DNA of 63,966 bases, counting the filler, from Saprolegnia diclina VS20 (Eukaryota), in assembly GCF_000281045.1 (NCBI RefSeq). It is 12 parts of 3 records of this genome, joined end to end, with 100 filler letters (N's around TTAATTAATTAA, not from the genome) between each part and the next. Parts side by side here need not be neighbours in the genome. Positions count along the whole stretch, not along the records: positions 35,857 to 54,380 come from NW_008246139.1; positions 54,481 to 57,327 come from NW_008246139.1; positions 57,428 to 61,638 come from NW_008246139.1; 9 more parts are not named here. One strand, written 5' to 3'. Position 1 is the stretch's first letter; the number at the start of each line of letters is the position of its first letter. The position numbers and the translations under genes are program-made. The notes under the pieces are model-generated. The model was not told the origin of the DNA, ran no database searches, and saw only the letters and a program-made list of their open reading frames with translations. Of this stretch, positions 50,739-61,738 are shown one piece after another.

Positions 50739-51608
50739 ATGCCACCGAGTAGCAAGCCGCACCAGAGCCTCCTCGACGCCATCGAGCGCGGTGATGCCGA
50801 CGCCGTCCACAGCCTCTTGAAAGCCACCGACGTCGCATCGTCCCCGGACGTGAGCCGGTCGCTCATAGCGGCCGCCTGTCTCTCGCGCTCGTACTTGATC
50901 CTGACGTCGCTCATTGACCACGGCGTCTTTGTCTTCCTCGCGTCGCTCTCGGAAGCGCGCAACCGTCACGTCGTGTCGCAATTTATGAACCTCGCGGTCC
51001 AAGGTGGCAACGTCAGCATCGTCGCGTGTATTGGCCGGCTCACCGGTATCAACGTGGCCGACTGCTACGAAGAGCTCAAGCTGCCCGACGGCCGAAAGGA
51101 GCTCCTGACGCCGCTCCTTGTCGCATCCATCCACGGCGACGTGCCCATGATCAACTACCTTCTTGAAGCCAACGTCGATGTCAACCGGGGTGCGACACGG
51201 GACGGCAACTCGCCGCTGTGCATGGCGACTGCCCACGGCCACCACGCCGCGGTCGAGATCCTTCTCGAGGCCGGCGCCAACCCCGACCACCGCAATAGCA
51301 AGGGCGAGACCGCGTATGATATGGCCCGCGCCTATGGCCACCTCAACATCCTCTGCCTCCTCGGCATGGACGACCAGCACGGCCACATGCACGTGAACGG
51401 CCGCGCGATCGAGTCGACGATCCAGCGCATTCGGCGCTCCAAGGCGCACACGTCGTTTGCAGTCCGTGAGCGCGAAAAAGTCGACTTTAGCTCGCTCCAC
51501 AAGAAGATTTCAAGTCTGAAAGGTCGGATTTCAGGTCAGAACGGTCGGCTCTCGGCCGTGCACTCGTCGTCGTCGACGTCGAGCGACCCCGCCGCCTCGA
51601 CGCCCTAG
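50739..51608 (+). CDS. Ankyrin-repeat protein A of a tandem pair
   Basis: LTPLLVASIHGD...YLLEANVDVN, DGNSPLCMATAHGH...LLEAGANPD, KGETAYDMA. Confidence 0.85.
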   Translation: MPPSSKPHQSLLDAIERGDADAVHSLLKATDVASSPDVSRSLIAAACLSRSYLILTSLIDHGVFVFLASLSEARNRHVVSQFMNLAVQGGNVSIVACIGRLTGINVADCYEELKLPDGRKELLTPLLVASIHGDVPMINYLLEANVDVNRGATRDGNSPLCMATAHGHHAAVEILLEAGANPDHRNSKGETAYDMARAYGHLNILCLLGMDDQHGHMHVNGRAIESTIQRIRRSKAHTSFAVREREKVDFSSLHKKISSLKGRISGQNGRLSAVHSSSSTSSDPAASTP

Positions 51609-52356
51609 TCGATGCTACTAGTAGCTTATTTAAACACCTCCTTTCTTCGTCCATCTTCGTCCTTGCCATTGCGATGATCGCACGTGACTTACGAGTGACG
51701 AGCGCCGACGCGTCTACCTCGTTGCGCTGCTCACACGCCGTCAAAACTTGCTCGCAAGTACCTTGCGCCATGTAATGGTTGATGTGGGTACACGAGTTAT
51801 AACACGTTACGACGCCACCGAAAGGATATCCAAACGGCAATGCGGCCTCGACCCTCGAACCTCGTTGCACAAGACAGGAGGCAGACGTGCGAACTTCCAA
51901 CGGGGCAATAGACGCTTTGATTTTGCGTAGCCCAGTCTTCCAATATGAGCAACCAGGTCATGCATTCTGAGCTAGCGATATGGAGAGAAGCTTCCGTCAA
52001 GCACCCCTGGCCTCTAATGATATCCTATCACCAAGTCCAGAGGGCACGCGTCGAGCACGCGCCTTGTGCTGCCTCCACGTATCTTGACGCTCCTTCAAAG
52101 AGGAGCGCACAAATGTAGCGTTTGGCCGAGATCCCACTCCGCCGGCCCGAGTCGTCGTGACTCGAGACTGGACTGGAAGTTGCCCACTCTAGTCTGTCTG
52201 CGTTGTGCTGGCACGACGAGCGAGTTGGTTGAGGCCGTGGGTCAATAAAAAAGTTGACCCATGGTTGAGGCCTTGAGATTGCCTTTTTGGCTCCTGGCAT
52301 GTCGCATACCAAGGTGCCAGCTGTCCGCTTGCGAGTGACATTCGAAGCACATCCGG

Positions 52357-53136
52357 ATGACCATGGCAGGACGCGTGACCGAGCTCGTGGCAGCCATCGA
52401 CCGCGCCGACGTTCGCCGCGTTGCCGCCCTTATCGATGGACCCTACACACCAGACGCATTGACGTCGATCCTCCGCGCCGCCTGTCTCGGCCGATCGTAC
52501 GACATTCTCCACTGCCTCCTCGCGACGCCATCGACCACGGCCTTTCTGTCGTCGGCGCCAACAGCGACGCTCCACTCGCTGCTCAACGCCGCGGCGCAGG
52601 GCGGCGACTTGCACATCATGGCTGGTATGAGCCGAGCGACCGGCGTAGCGTGGCGTGACGTGGCCGAGGACGTCGGGCCCGAGCACCTCACGCCGCTCCT
52701 CATCGCGTCTATTCGCGGCGACACGGATGCGATGCACTTTCTGCTCCAAGACGGCGTCGACCCGAACGTTGGGCGCACCCGCGACGGTAACGGCCCGCTC
52801 GCGATGACGGCGGCCTATGGCTTTACGGGCGCCGCGGCCATGCTCCTCGACGCAGGCGCCAACATGGACGCGCGCAACGCGGGCGGCGCCACGGCGACGG
52901 ACCTCGCGCTCTTGTATGGCCACGACGAGATCGTCCAGCTGTGCCACATGGCTCACACCCGTGCGCTCGCCTCCGTCGATGGCAACGCGATCAAGAGCAG
53001 CATCAGCAAGCTGCGCCAAGCCAAACAGTATACGAATTACGCAGTCCGGGACCGGGAAAAGGTCGACTTTGACCGAGTCCAGCAAAAGATCTCCAAGCTC
53101 AAGGCTCGGATTCACGGCCGGATCGACGCCAACTAG
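52357..53136 (+). CDS. Ankyrin-repeat protein B of the tandem pair
   Basis: LTPLLIASIRGD...FLLQDGVDPN, DGNGPLAMTA...LLDAGANMD, GATATDLA; colinear with 50739-51608. Confidence 0.85.
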   Translation: MTMAGRVTELVAAIDRADVRRVAALIDGPYTPDALTSILRAACLGRSYDILHCLLATPSTTAFLSSAPTATLHSLLNAAAQGGDLHIMAGMSRATGVAWRDVAEDVGPEHLTPLLIASIRGDTDAMHFLLQDGVDPNVGRTRDGNGPLAMTAAYGFTGAAAMLLDAGANMDARNAGGATATDLALLYGHDEIVQLCHMAHTRALASVDGNAIKSSISKLRQAKQYTNYAVRDREKVDFDRVQQKISKLKARIHGRIDAN

Positions 53137-53634
53137 TCGAGCTACTGAATCTATTTACGCTCAACGTACACTATCAACCTATCTCGAGAGACCTCGTATC
53201 GGGAGGTTCGAACCAGCAACAAAAAGCTCATTGACATTGGGACCAGTGACCGGCACCAGTGATCGGGACTATCGCTGACGATGGCAGGGTGGCGATGCAT
53301 CAAACGTGCCACGTCTCTGCGCGGACGCCAAATTTTGAGCGCGTGAGTTCTCGGCGGTGCCAGTTCAGGGTTCGTCGCATACGACCAGGATCATGGGTCA
53401 ATAATAAAGAGGGTGTATCACGCCATACAAAAATCGACGAATCCACGAGGGTCCAGTTGTTTGCCCAATACATTTGTTGGGTTCGGTGAGGAGACCGGCT
53501 CCACACAAGATATCGGTATGCACTGTATCTGCATCAAAACAACACTGTACTATACAGGATTTGTAGTGACTGCCAGGCTGATCTTTAAATGAGTATTGAC
53601 TAAATACACCCATCCAGCATTTGTGATGGCGATG

Positions 53635-53916
53635 AAGATGGGGGTGTTTGACAGGTCGTCAACAAACGAAACTTTGCACACACATTGATAAGTTTGTTAT
53701 AGATGTCTGTACAAAGTTTCGTTTCTTGACGGGCTGTCAAACCTCCCCATATTCACGTTTGTGTGTTCATTTTGTCCAAAATTGCTGTATTTGCACGAAA
53801 ATGGGGAGGTTTGACAGCCCGTCAAGAAATGAAACTTTGTGCTAACATCTATAATGTACTTGTCAATGGGTGTGCAAAGTTTCGCTCCTTGACGGGCTGT
53901 CAAACACCCCCATTTT
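53635..53916. repeat. Nested inverted-repeat element (four ~42-bp units in alternating orientation), MITE/foldback-like
   Basis: Unit ATGGGG(G/A)(T/G)GTTTGACAG..CGTCAA.AAA.GAAACTTTG occurs at ~53638(+), ~53750(-), ~53801(+) and ~53913(-). Confidence 0.85.
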
Positions 53917-54480
53917 GATGCTTGTGCATTTGAGGACAGCACACCGAGGTACTATTTGCTGACTTCGTGGCATATACGGACTCATTTCATGCGTTTAGAA
54001 AAGCCTCGCCGATACTATCGAGGCTTATTCATGCAGAGGCCGTCTTGATGCGCCGTGAAAAGCTATGTTCTAAGCGCTGCATGCACGTAGACCCATGCAG
54101 CGATCCGCGGCGCCCAGTCCATTTTAATGAAAAATCGCCCAATAAATTTTATCCGGATGAGGCATTCGGCGCTGGCGCTTCCTCAGGCATTTGGATTGGA
54201 CATCGCTGTGGGCTCTGCCGTAATTTTATAACTAAATACACGTCGTGAGACACCCTCTTTTTTATTGACCCATGCCAGGATATAGTGGAAGGACAGAGGG
54301 CCTCGTTGAGGTGGAGCGGAGTCGGATCGGGCTCAACACCCGCTGATTGAAGACAACGTCGAGGGTTGTCAACGTTGGTANNNNNNNNNNNNNNNNNNNN
54401 NNNNNNNNNNNNNNNNNNNNNNNNTTAATTAATTAANNNNNNNNNNNNNNNNNNNNNNNNNNNNNNNNNNNNNNNNNNNN

Positions 54481-55074
54481 ACTAGAGAGGAATATATACC
54501 ATAGTTACTAGGAGCTTGAGAATCAATTAAGAAAAAGTACCTTCGGCGTCGCTGTAAAAGAGGCGGGGCTGGAAACAGTGAAAGAGCACGGCGTTGAACG
54601 CGAACGCAAGGAAGACGCCGAGCTTTTGCTGGAAGACTTCCCGCAGCGTCGCGCCAATGTTGCGGCCAGCAGCAAAGACGCAGGCGACAGCGATAAAGTT
54701 GATGCCGCCGAGGATGTACCACTCAGGAAAGCAGACCCAGATATTTGGCCGCGCCGGCGTGTGCTCGCCCGAGGCCTTAGTGACAAAAGCAGAAGCGATG
54801 AGGACGCCGAGGCCCGTGCGCATGGCGAGACCCAAGTTGGTCTTGAACTCGGCTACATACAATATAGGTAAACACCACGTCGTTTCGTTGTTCGAGCGAG
54901 CGTACTGCGGGACTGGGCCTCAGTGTCCATGGGCCGCGCCTTGCCCATGGTGATGCGCAGTCGCCCGATGGCCTCGCGCTGCGACTTGCTCAGCTGGTGA
55001 GACAGCGTCGGCCGCCGGTGCAAGCTCGGCGCGTCCTCGTCTTGTCGACAGCTCGTAGTAGCGTCTGCTGCCAT
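54481..55074 (-). CDS. 5' part of a polytopic membrane protein (possibly FUSC/aromatic-acid-exporter-like); rest in gap
   Basis: Exon MAADATT...SR splices to TEFKTNLGLAMRTGLGVLIASA...FPEWYILGGINFIAVACVF..GRNIGATL...GV.LA; hydrophobic pattern. Confidence 0.5.
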
Positions 55075-56908
55075 CGCTGCGGCGTCGCCCGATGAGAAAT
55101 GGCGCTGCGTGGATGGCCGCGCCAAGGCTTTGCCCAATCAGATTGCGTTCTGTCGTATCGCAATCGTTCCGGTACAGTTCCAACCTGTGCATACGATAAA
55201 ATATTGGGATATTTCTTTCGCCCTCGTGGATAATATTGAATATAGCGGCGTCCCCGAGCGCCACGTCATTGGATCGTCCGTCGGTTTGTATGTCGTTTTT
55301 TTCGAGAGGCCAAAAATGACGTCCTCGTGCGGCTGTGCGTGCTCACGACGGGGTTGCATGTTGGCTAAAGGCTGTAGTAGCCTGCAGCTACTCGCCTTCC
55401 GGACTCTACTGCAGGCATCGTAGCTGCCTGTTTGTGTATCTTGTGGTCAGTTCAACAAGCAATCTCGGCTTCTACCTTCTGAAATCATCGAATCGAATCT
55501 TGGGACGTCGCCACAGCTTCCACCTCGTCATCATGGGCCCTGGGCCCGGACCATCGAGCAAAAATCTTTCGCGGCTCTGTGCGACACCACAGGAAAAAAA
55601 ACCTTGTCTCTGCAACGTGCGCCTTTCTCAGTTGGGCCCCCCACCCAGTCACGTTTTTTAGGTACCCAAAGTTGAGACATTGACTTGATTATGTGGGCAG
55701 TGGGTACCTCAAGAAAATATATTTGGGACGGGGCCCCACTATGACGTGGCATTCCAGTCTGCACTTGATGTTGCCATTCCTTCGGCTGCCAGGTCGCGAG
55801 GTCATAATAGCGTGCACGGGAGAGCGAATGTCCTTGTGGCGGACCCATGTATGATGTATAGCTGCAACCCAGCCGTCTGCTGTGACAGACTTTAGGCGTC
55901 ACGACTTCGGTAGTCAGATATAAGTGTCTTCCGGGCTTTCACGCGCGAGAAAACAGAAAGCCGAGCTCTCTTCGGGACTCGAAACCGGATCTACCTGGTG
56001 GTACACCAGTGTCTAAGCCGCTAGACTAAATGTAGACGGCAAGAACCACACCTTCTTGACTCGAGAGATCGTTCTCGAGGTTTATATACTGTTCATGCGC
56101 CAGCCATACAATCTGTGCATCCCGACGGCGTCAACTGTGCCACAGTAAAACCACATAAGAACCACGTCACCTTGCCTGAGTTGCTATACTGCATTTAGCA
56201 GGTCCCTTGTGACGTGAGCTGGTTGGAACTTTTGTAGTGGATGCGAAGCGTGAATTGACGGTATTGCGACGACGGCGCGTTGGCCCAGACAAAAGTCAAC
56301 ACACGACCCTTGCTCGCTTCTGAAATCGAACCTAATCGGAAAGCTCGTGAATTTCAGCCAAGTACGCATGCGCACTTTATCGCAATCTTGGACCTTTATC
56401 AACCAAAACGTCGAGACGATGGACAGCACTTAACAGGGACTATAAAATCGCACTTCACTGGACAGGCTCCGCGCGACGCGATTGGCTTAGACCAATGAAC
56501 CTGCGTTTTATTGGACAAAATGGCTCCATATATAGCCAATAGGTTGGCCGGATGGAGACACGACACGGACGAATTAATCCCTGGGATGCTGGTACACCAC
56601 GTAAGCGTTCCTACCAGAAAAATACGTTGAACTACCGGTACACGGCGCACTGAGTCTTCGCCAAGAAATAAAAGTATGTATATTATTAGCAGTACAATCA
56701 ATACTAGCCATCATGACATACCAGTCGCAAGTTTAAACATGCATTCTTCTTGCCCTCTCTGCGATATTTGCTAATACCAAGTTTAAAAATCAGGCGTTTC
56801 TATTTGCTTGCATGAATGATGGTAATTGACGAAGATTGCTGGGGCCTTTCACTTTAAAGTTGTCAAACGCGCGCAAGCGACCGAAGGTTTTTGGAACGTC
56901 CAAGCGCC

Positions 56909-57627
56909 ATGTACGACGGCCCTTCACTAGAGAAGCAGGGCTACACCTACATGCAGCACGGCAGGGTCGGGTTCTTGTGCAGCGAGCTCTGCCTACCGCC
57001 AGACGGGCCAACAGACGCCCGGTACCCGCTACACTGCGCCATTCTCCGCGGCGACCTCCAACTTATCGAGCACATGCTTTCAAGCGCAAGCGAGACGGTA
57101 TCGCCGGCGGCCATCGACTGCGCCTTCCTCAGCGGCCACATCAACATTGTTTGCGCGCTTCTGGCGGCCCGCGAGTGCATTCCGGAGCTGAATGCATGCA
57201 GCAGCGTTAACCACGCGGACAAGACGCAAAACTCGCTCGTCGCGCACGTGCTGCGCCACAACAGCGTACCGCTGCTCGATCTCTTCGCGGCGTACACGGA
57301 CGTGCAGTGGGACGGCGAAGCGTTGCGNNNNNNNNNNNNNNNNNNNNNNNNNNNNNNNNNNNNNNNNNNNNTTAATTAATTAANNNNNNNNNNNNNNNNN
57401 NNNNNNNNNNNNNNNNNNNNNNNNNNNGGTGGTGCCAACGACGAGGCCAAAGCGACCGCGACGCGTTCGTTGCTGCGCTCGACTTGGGTCTAAACAGCTG
57501 GGCCTTTCAGAGCCTCTTGGCGTCGTGCTTGTCGTCAAACGACCCCCGTGACAACCTCGTCTTCCTAAGCAGCATAACGGACGCACCGACGCAGCGGCCA
57601 AGGCATTGTTCGAAGCCAACGAGCTAA
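56909..57627 (+). pseudogene. Truncated member of the 39440 ankyrin family, spanning a gap
   Basis: LCL...DARYPLHCAILRGDL...AIDCAFLSGH aligns with the 39440 protein; after the gap, LLASCLSSNDPRDNLVFL aligns with LLPYVLDAPTPIENL, then an early stop follows. Confidence 0.5.
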
Positions 57628-57813
57628 CGGCGTGGGCCCACTACGTGCTTGACGCGACGTGCTAGGCTGTGAGACTTCTGCCCGCCCGACAAGAATGCCT
57701 CGTCTAAGTTTTCATTCTCATTTTTTCTTATTGTTCTTATTTCGACGCAAAGGCATGCGCCCCACGCAATTGCAATACGAAGGACCACAATCAACGCCAT
57801 GCTAATTAATGCG

Positions 57814-59226
57814 TTAATGCGCCTTGGTAAAGAACGTGTCGACGAGGTCGTTGGCCGATGCAATCGAGCACTCGACCGTTTCCATGCAGCGCATCGAGCC
57901 CGTGTGGTACGTCGATCGGTGGCCCTGGAGCTTCTCGAGCGAAGGAAACCAGCCGTTGGCGATGGCCGACGAGTTGACGTGGGCAAAGTACGTCCACGCT
58001 TTCGCAAACTTGAGGTCCGCCACCTGGACAGGCTTCGCCACGGCGTTGGGCACTGAGATGTTCTTGTTGAGCTTGGAGAGCGCGTCTTGGGCCATCGCAG
58101 TCACAGTCTCGAGCGAGATCGGGTCTTGACCTCGTTTGTACGAGTAGACATTGAAGTACTTGTCGTCTGACAGCTGCGTGCCAAAGATGACGGGCGCGCC
58201 GTTGTCAAGGGAGCCGCCGACCGTGAACGGAGCGCTCGCATTCCCCGTGGGCTTGAGCTGCGCCGCGTACCAGTTGCGCGGTTCGACTTGGTCGAGCGTC
58301 CACACCGACGAAAAGTACTGCACCGAGTTCACGTGCTTGAAGACGTCGACTTCCTGGGCATCCAGACCCAGCGGCTGAAGGAGGTCCAGGCGGTGCGGGA
58401 TCGTGTTGATGATTGAAGTGCACGCTTGCGTCTGCGGACCCTTGCCGTTGACCGTGTACGTGATGCTGGCACCGTTGGACCGGCGGTTCGTGCCGGTAAT
58501 GGTCGCGTTGTACTTGAATTGAGCGCAGTGAAGTGAAGCTGCGATCTTGGTGAAGAGGAGGTTGTAGTTGACTGTAAAGAGCGACGATTGCTTGGTCAAA
58601 AACTGGAGAAAGCCACCGGGCTTGTAGTACATCATGGCGTACAGCGCTGGAATGTCCTCGAGCGACCCGTACCCGAAGGTCGTGATGTACAAGTGGAAGA
58701 GCGGCATGAGCGCGTCGAGGCCGTGCGCTGGGAGGAACTCGCTCATGGGCACCGCGATGGCCGGCGGCACGCCCTTCTTGAAACCCGGAACGAGGTACGG
58801 AGCGTACTTGGCGTACACGCCCATGTAGCGCTGGATGGCGCCAGCGATCGCCGTCGCGTTGGTGGGAAACGTAGTCGAGTCGAGGATCGTACCCGACGGC
58901 GCATCGTAGACGTAGTTCTTTCGCATCGGGTTGCTTGGCCGGGAGATGTTGAACTTGTCGGTGAGGTCAATCACCAGCGGGTACATGGTGGTGTCGCCAA
59001 AGATGGCGCCAACTTGGTGGATGTAGCCTTCGGGCGAAACCCAGTTCTCGGCCTTGCCGCCAGGACCGTCCTTCTTGTCAAAAATCACAACATCGGTGAT
59101 GCCCTTCTCTGCGAGACGCAGCGCCGATGCAAGGCCCGAGGGTCCGGCACCAAGAATGCAAACTGGCGCGGTGGCCGTGACGCCGGCGAGACCCGCGAGG
59201 CACGAGAGAAGGATCGAAGCGCGCAT
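57814..59226 (-). CDS. Secreted FAD-dependent oxidoreductase (flavin amine-oxidase-like), intronless
   Basis: Signal peptide MRASILLSCLAGLAGVTA; Rossmann motif VCILGAGPSGLASA...VVIFDK...PGGK, GAIF; C-terminal LQGHRSTYHTGS...ETVE. Confidence 0.85.
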   Translation of the reverse strand: MRASILLSCLAGLAGVTATAPVCILGAGPSGLASALRLAEKGITDVVIFDKKDGPGGKAENWVSPEGYIHQVGAIFGDTTMYPLVIDLTDKFNISRPSNPMRKNYVYDAPSGTILDSTTFPTNATAIAGAIQRYMGVYAKYAPYLVPGFKKGVPPAIAVPMSEFLPAHGLDALMPLFHLYITTFGYGSLEDIPALYAMMYYKPGGFLQFLTKQSSLFTVNYNLLFTKIAASLHCAQFKYNATITGTNRRSNGASITYTVNGKGPQTQACTSIINTIPHRLDLLQPLGLDAQEVDVFKHVNSVQYFSSVWTLDQVEPRNWYAAQLKPTGNASAPFTVGGSLDNGAPVIFGTQLSDDKYFNVYSYKRGQDPISLETVTAMAQDALSKLNKNISVPNAVAKPVQVADLKFAKAWTYFAHVNSSAIANGWFPSLEKLQGHRSTYHTGSMRCMETVECSIASANDLVDTFFTKAH

Positions 59227-59519
59227 TGCCGAACGAAATAGGGAATGAGCCCTTTGACGCATTGTCCCGTGCTGCACAGATGGCATAGTAAACACGAAAG
59301 CAGTACATACGACAAGGAACCCTATCGATCTCCAGGTTTAGTTGCTTGAACCGCAACACATGTCGACAAGAGCGGCACAGCGACCATTCCCGACGCCTGT
59401 ACAGCCCCGTTCGCACCCAATGACAAAAAGGGGAATGAAATCTTGATTTGATTCGTACCTCGTTTTGTCATTGACTTCGGGAAGCATCGAGAAGCGCTCT
59501 ACTATCAGCACGAGGATTC

Positions 59520-59961
59520 AATAAGCAATCATCCTCGCGGCAGCAAATGGTGAGGCTGGAGGGCTGTCAGGATTGTTTGGTTGTTGAGCACATGAATCTG
59601 CTACCGTTACCGTTAAGGATCCAAGTGCGTCAAGACAACCACGTGACTTGCGTGTCCCACTCACAACCCTACAACCCTTGTCATGCACATGGCACTCCTC
59701 AACACTTGCCAACAACACATGCTGGATCCAAGGTGCCGTATGGCAATGTGATAGTGTCGTGGGGATGTTAGCTCGCCTCGTCAACATCGAACTACCCGGT
59801 ACGTAGATCCATTTTCGACATCACTGGGTGGCGATCGTCGCGTAGACACAGCCGGCACGGGCATAGTTGCCCGGCATTCCGAGCGTCCCGATGCCGTAGA
59901 CGCAACAGAAGAGCGAGCCACACGCCTTGAAAACTTCTATCGTCAAGAAGGGTCGCTTCAT
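59520..59961 (-). pseudogene. Decayed amino-acid permease (AAAP family) 5' remnant
   Basis: Reads MKRPFLTIEVFKACGSLFCCVYGIGTLGMPGNYARAG, which matches my recollection of oomycete AAAP N-termini, then hits TGA and loses frame. The lower coordinate is approximate. Confidence 0.6.
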
Positions 59962-60870
59962 GACTTGCACAAGTGAAGAGTGTTTACCAGTGCAGGCGAG
60001 AGGTCAGCACCGTATTTGGCACTCGCAGGGACAACCCGATGCACACGCTTCGATATAAAACGACAACCTGCATGGATACCGTGGATACGCAGTGCAGAGC
60101 TTGGATTAGACAGAAAAGATCTCGAAGATAGAGATTCTTACGTTGAATAACGGTGTTGCACTGGGGCATCGATCGCAGAAGGCTTCTTCCGCGCGGAGAC
60201 GCAATGCATTCGAAAGCGGGCGGCCTTGTCTAGCTCTTCAACGGAGTGCTATCGTGCAAGACCTCATTCGGGACCGATTCGAATGTCGCACAGCCCTTCC
60301 ACAGCCGCCAGGTTGCGAGGGCACGTGGTCAGCAAGGTATCTTTGATCGTGGCGCTCCAATCAGAGAGTCGAGAGTATTGAGCGTACAACGTGTCAGTGT
60401 TATTTTGCGTAGAGACCAGCGCCATGGCGCAAGGGTCTATTTTTTTTAATTTTCCCCGGGAGATCCTCGAGACAAACCCTCGCCCAATCCTTGCAGCGAA
60501 ATTTTGGCGGGAACGAATCTCTCGACACAAAAATCACCCATATTTTGTGTGAAGATGAAGATTGGTGTGCTGCTTCTCAGATCATGGGGTGCTCATGTGC
60601 TCACTTTTTCGAGATCGTCTTACTCTGATCCTAGAAACCAAATGCATTGATCACCTTTTCGTACCGTTTCACGCCAATCAAAGTGGTTCCTGCTGCAAAG
60701 TGAAATGTGGCCGTGCCGCATGCTAAGCTTGAGTGTCCGATCCTAGGGTCAGTGACGGCGACTAATGTACTAGTTTACAATGCTAAACCGACTATCCGAA
60801 GTCGTTTGGCAATCGCGAAATCATCGCCTTGTATTGCAGCGTCGCCGAGTTTCTTAACATTTACAGTTGG

Positions 60871-61638
60871 CTAGCTGGCTACAAGCAGTCGCTCCAGGAG
60901 AGTCTTGACCTCGGTCTCTTGAACGCGCTGCGTCCATTGCGTCAGATTCACCGCATGCCTCGCAGCATCCTGAGACCAATGGTAAACGACAAGGACGGTC
61001 AAGCCCCAATCAGCAATCGCCACCTTGTCCAAAAGCCGACCGGTGGGCGTCATTCGGGTGGTCACGACACCTCGTTCGAGAAGCGCTGCTGCAAGTGCTA
61101 CGAGTTCGTCGCCGGCATTCTTTGGTAGGGGCACATATCTCGCCGCTGTCGCTTGCGCAACCATCTCTGTCTTGAGAAGCAACTGGGACGACTTCGTCAA
61201 ACACAAGGCCTTGACCGCGTACAAGTCGACGAGGTACCTTAAGTTGTCGATAGGCGCGTTGGGCGTCAAGCAGTAAGGCAGCATCACACCGAGGACCTCA
61301 TGGCTTCGAAACCCGAGGCTCGCTTGAAGGTCGCGTCTTGGATGGCCAACGCGAGCGTCGAGGAGGAAGCGCAGCGAGGTCAGTGGCTGATAGCGGATGA
61401 GCACAAAACTCAAAAGACGATCTTGTCAGAGGTCTGGCTGCCGCGCCCAGAGCTGCGCCACAAGCACTACTTGGCCATGCTCGAGCGCCGCATGCACCGC
61501 TTCGAGCGAGCAGCCGACGGTAGACTTTGCCAGCAAGAAGGCCACAATATCCCAAGCTTCGGCGGACGCTGCATTGTCGATGGCTTTGCTGCTGCAACCA
61601 ATTCTAATCAATTCATTGAAAAATCACCCAGTGCCCAA
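60871..61638 (-). pseudogene. C-terminal part of another 39440-family ankyrin gene with an in-frame stop
   Basis: AIDNAA...WDIVAFLL...LWARQPDL*QDRLL...FLLDARVGHPR...LPYCL...IDNL...LKTEM...DWGLTVL aligns with the 39440 protein; TGA at 61426-61428 replaces an Arg. Confidence 0.7.
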
Positions 61639-61738
61639 NNNNNNNNNNNNNNNNNNNNNNNNNNNNNNNNNNNNNNNNNNNNTTAATTAATTAANNNNNN
61701 NNNNNNNNNNNNNNNNNNNNNNNNNNNNNNNNNNNNNN

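Noticed and set aside
53635..53916. CRISPR-like or tRNA interpretation of the repeated unit
   Set aside because: Units alternate in orientation, the spacers are related to each other, there is no cloverleaf, and the context is eukaryotic with no cas genes.
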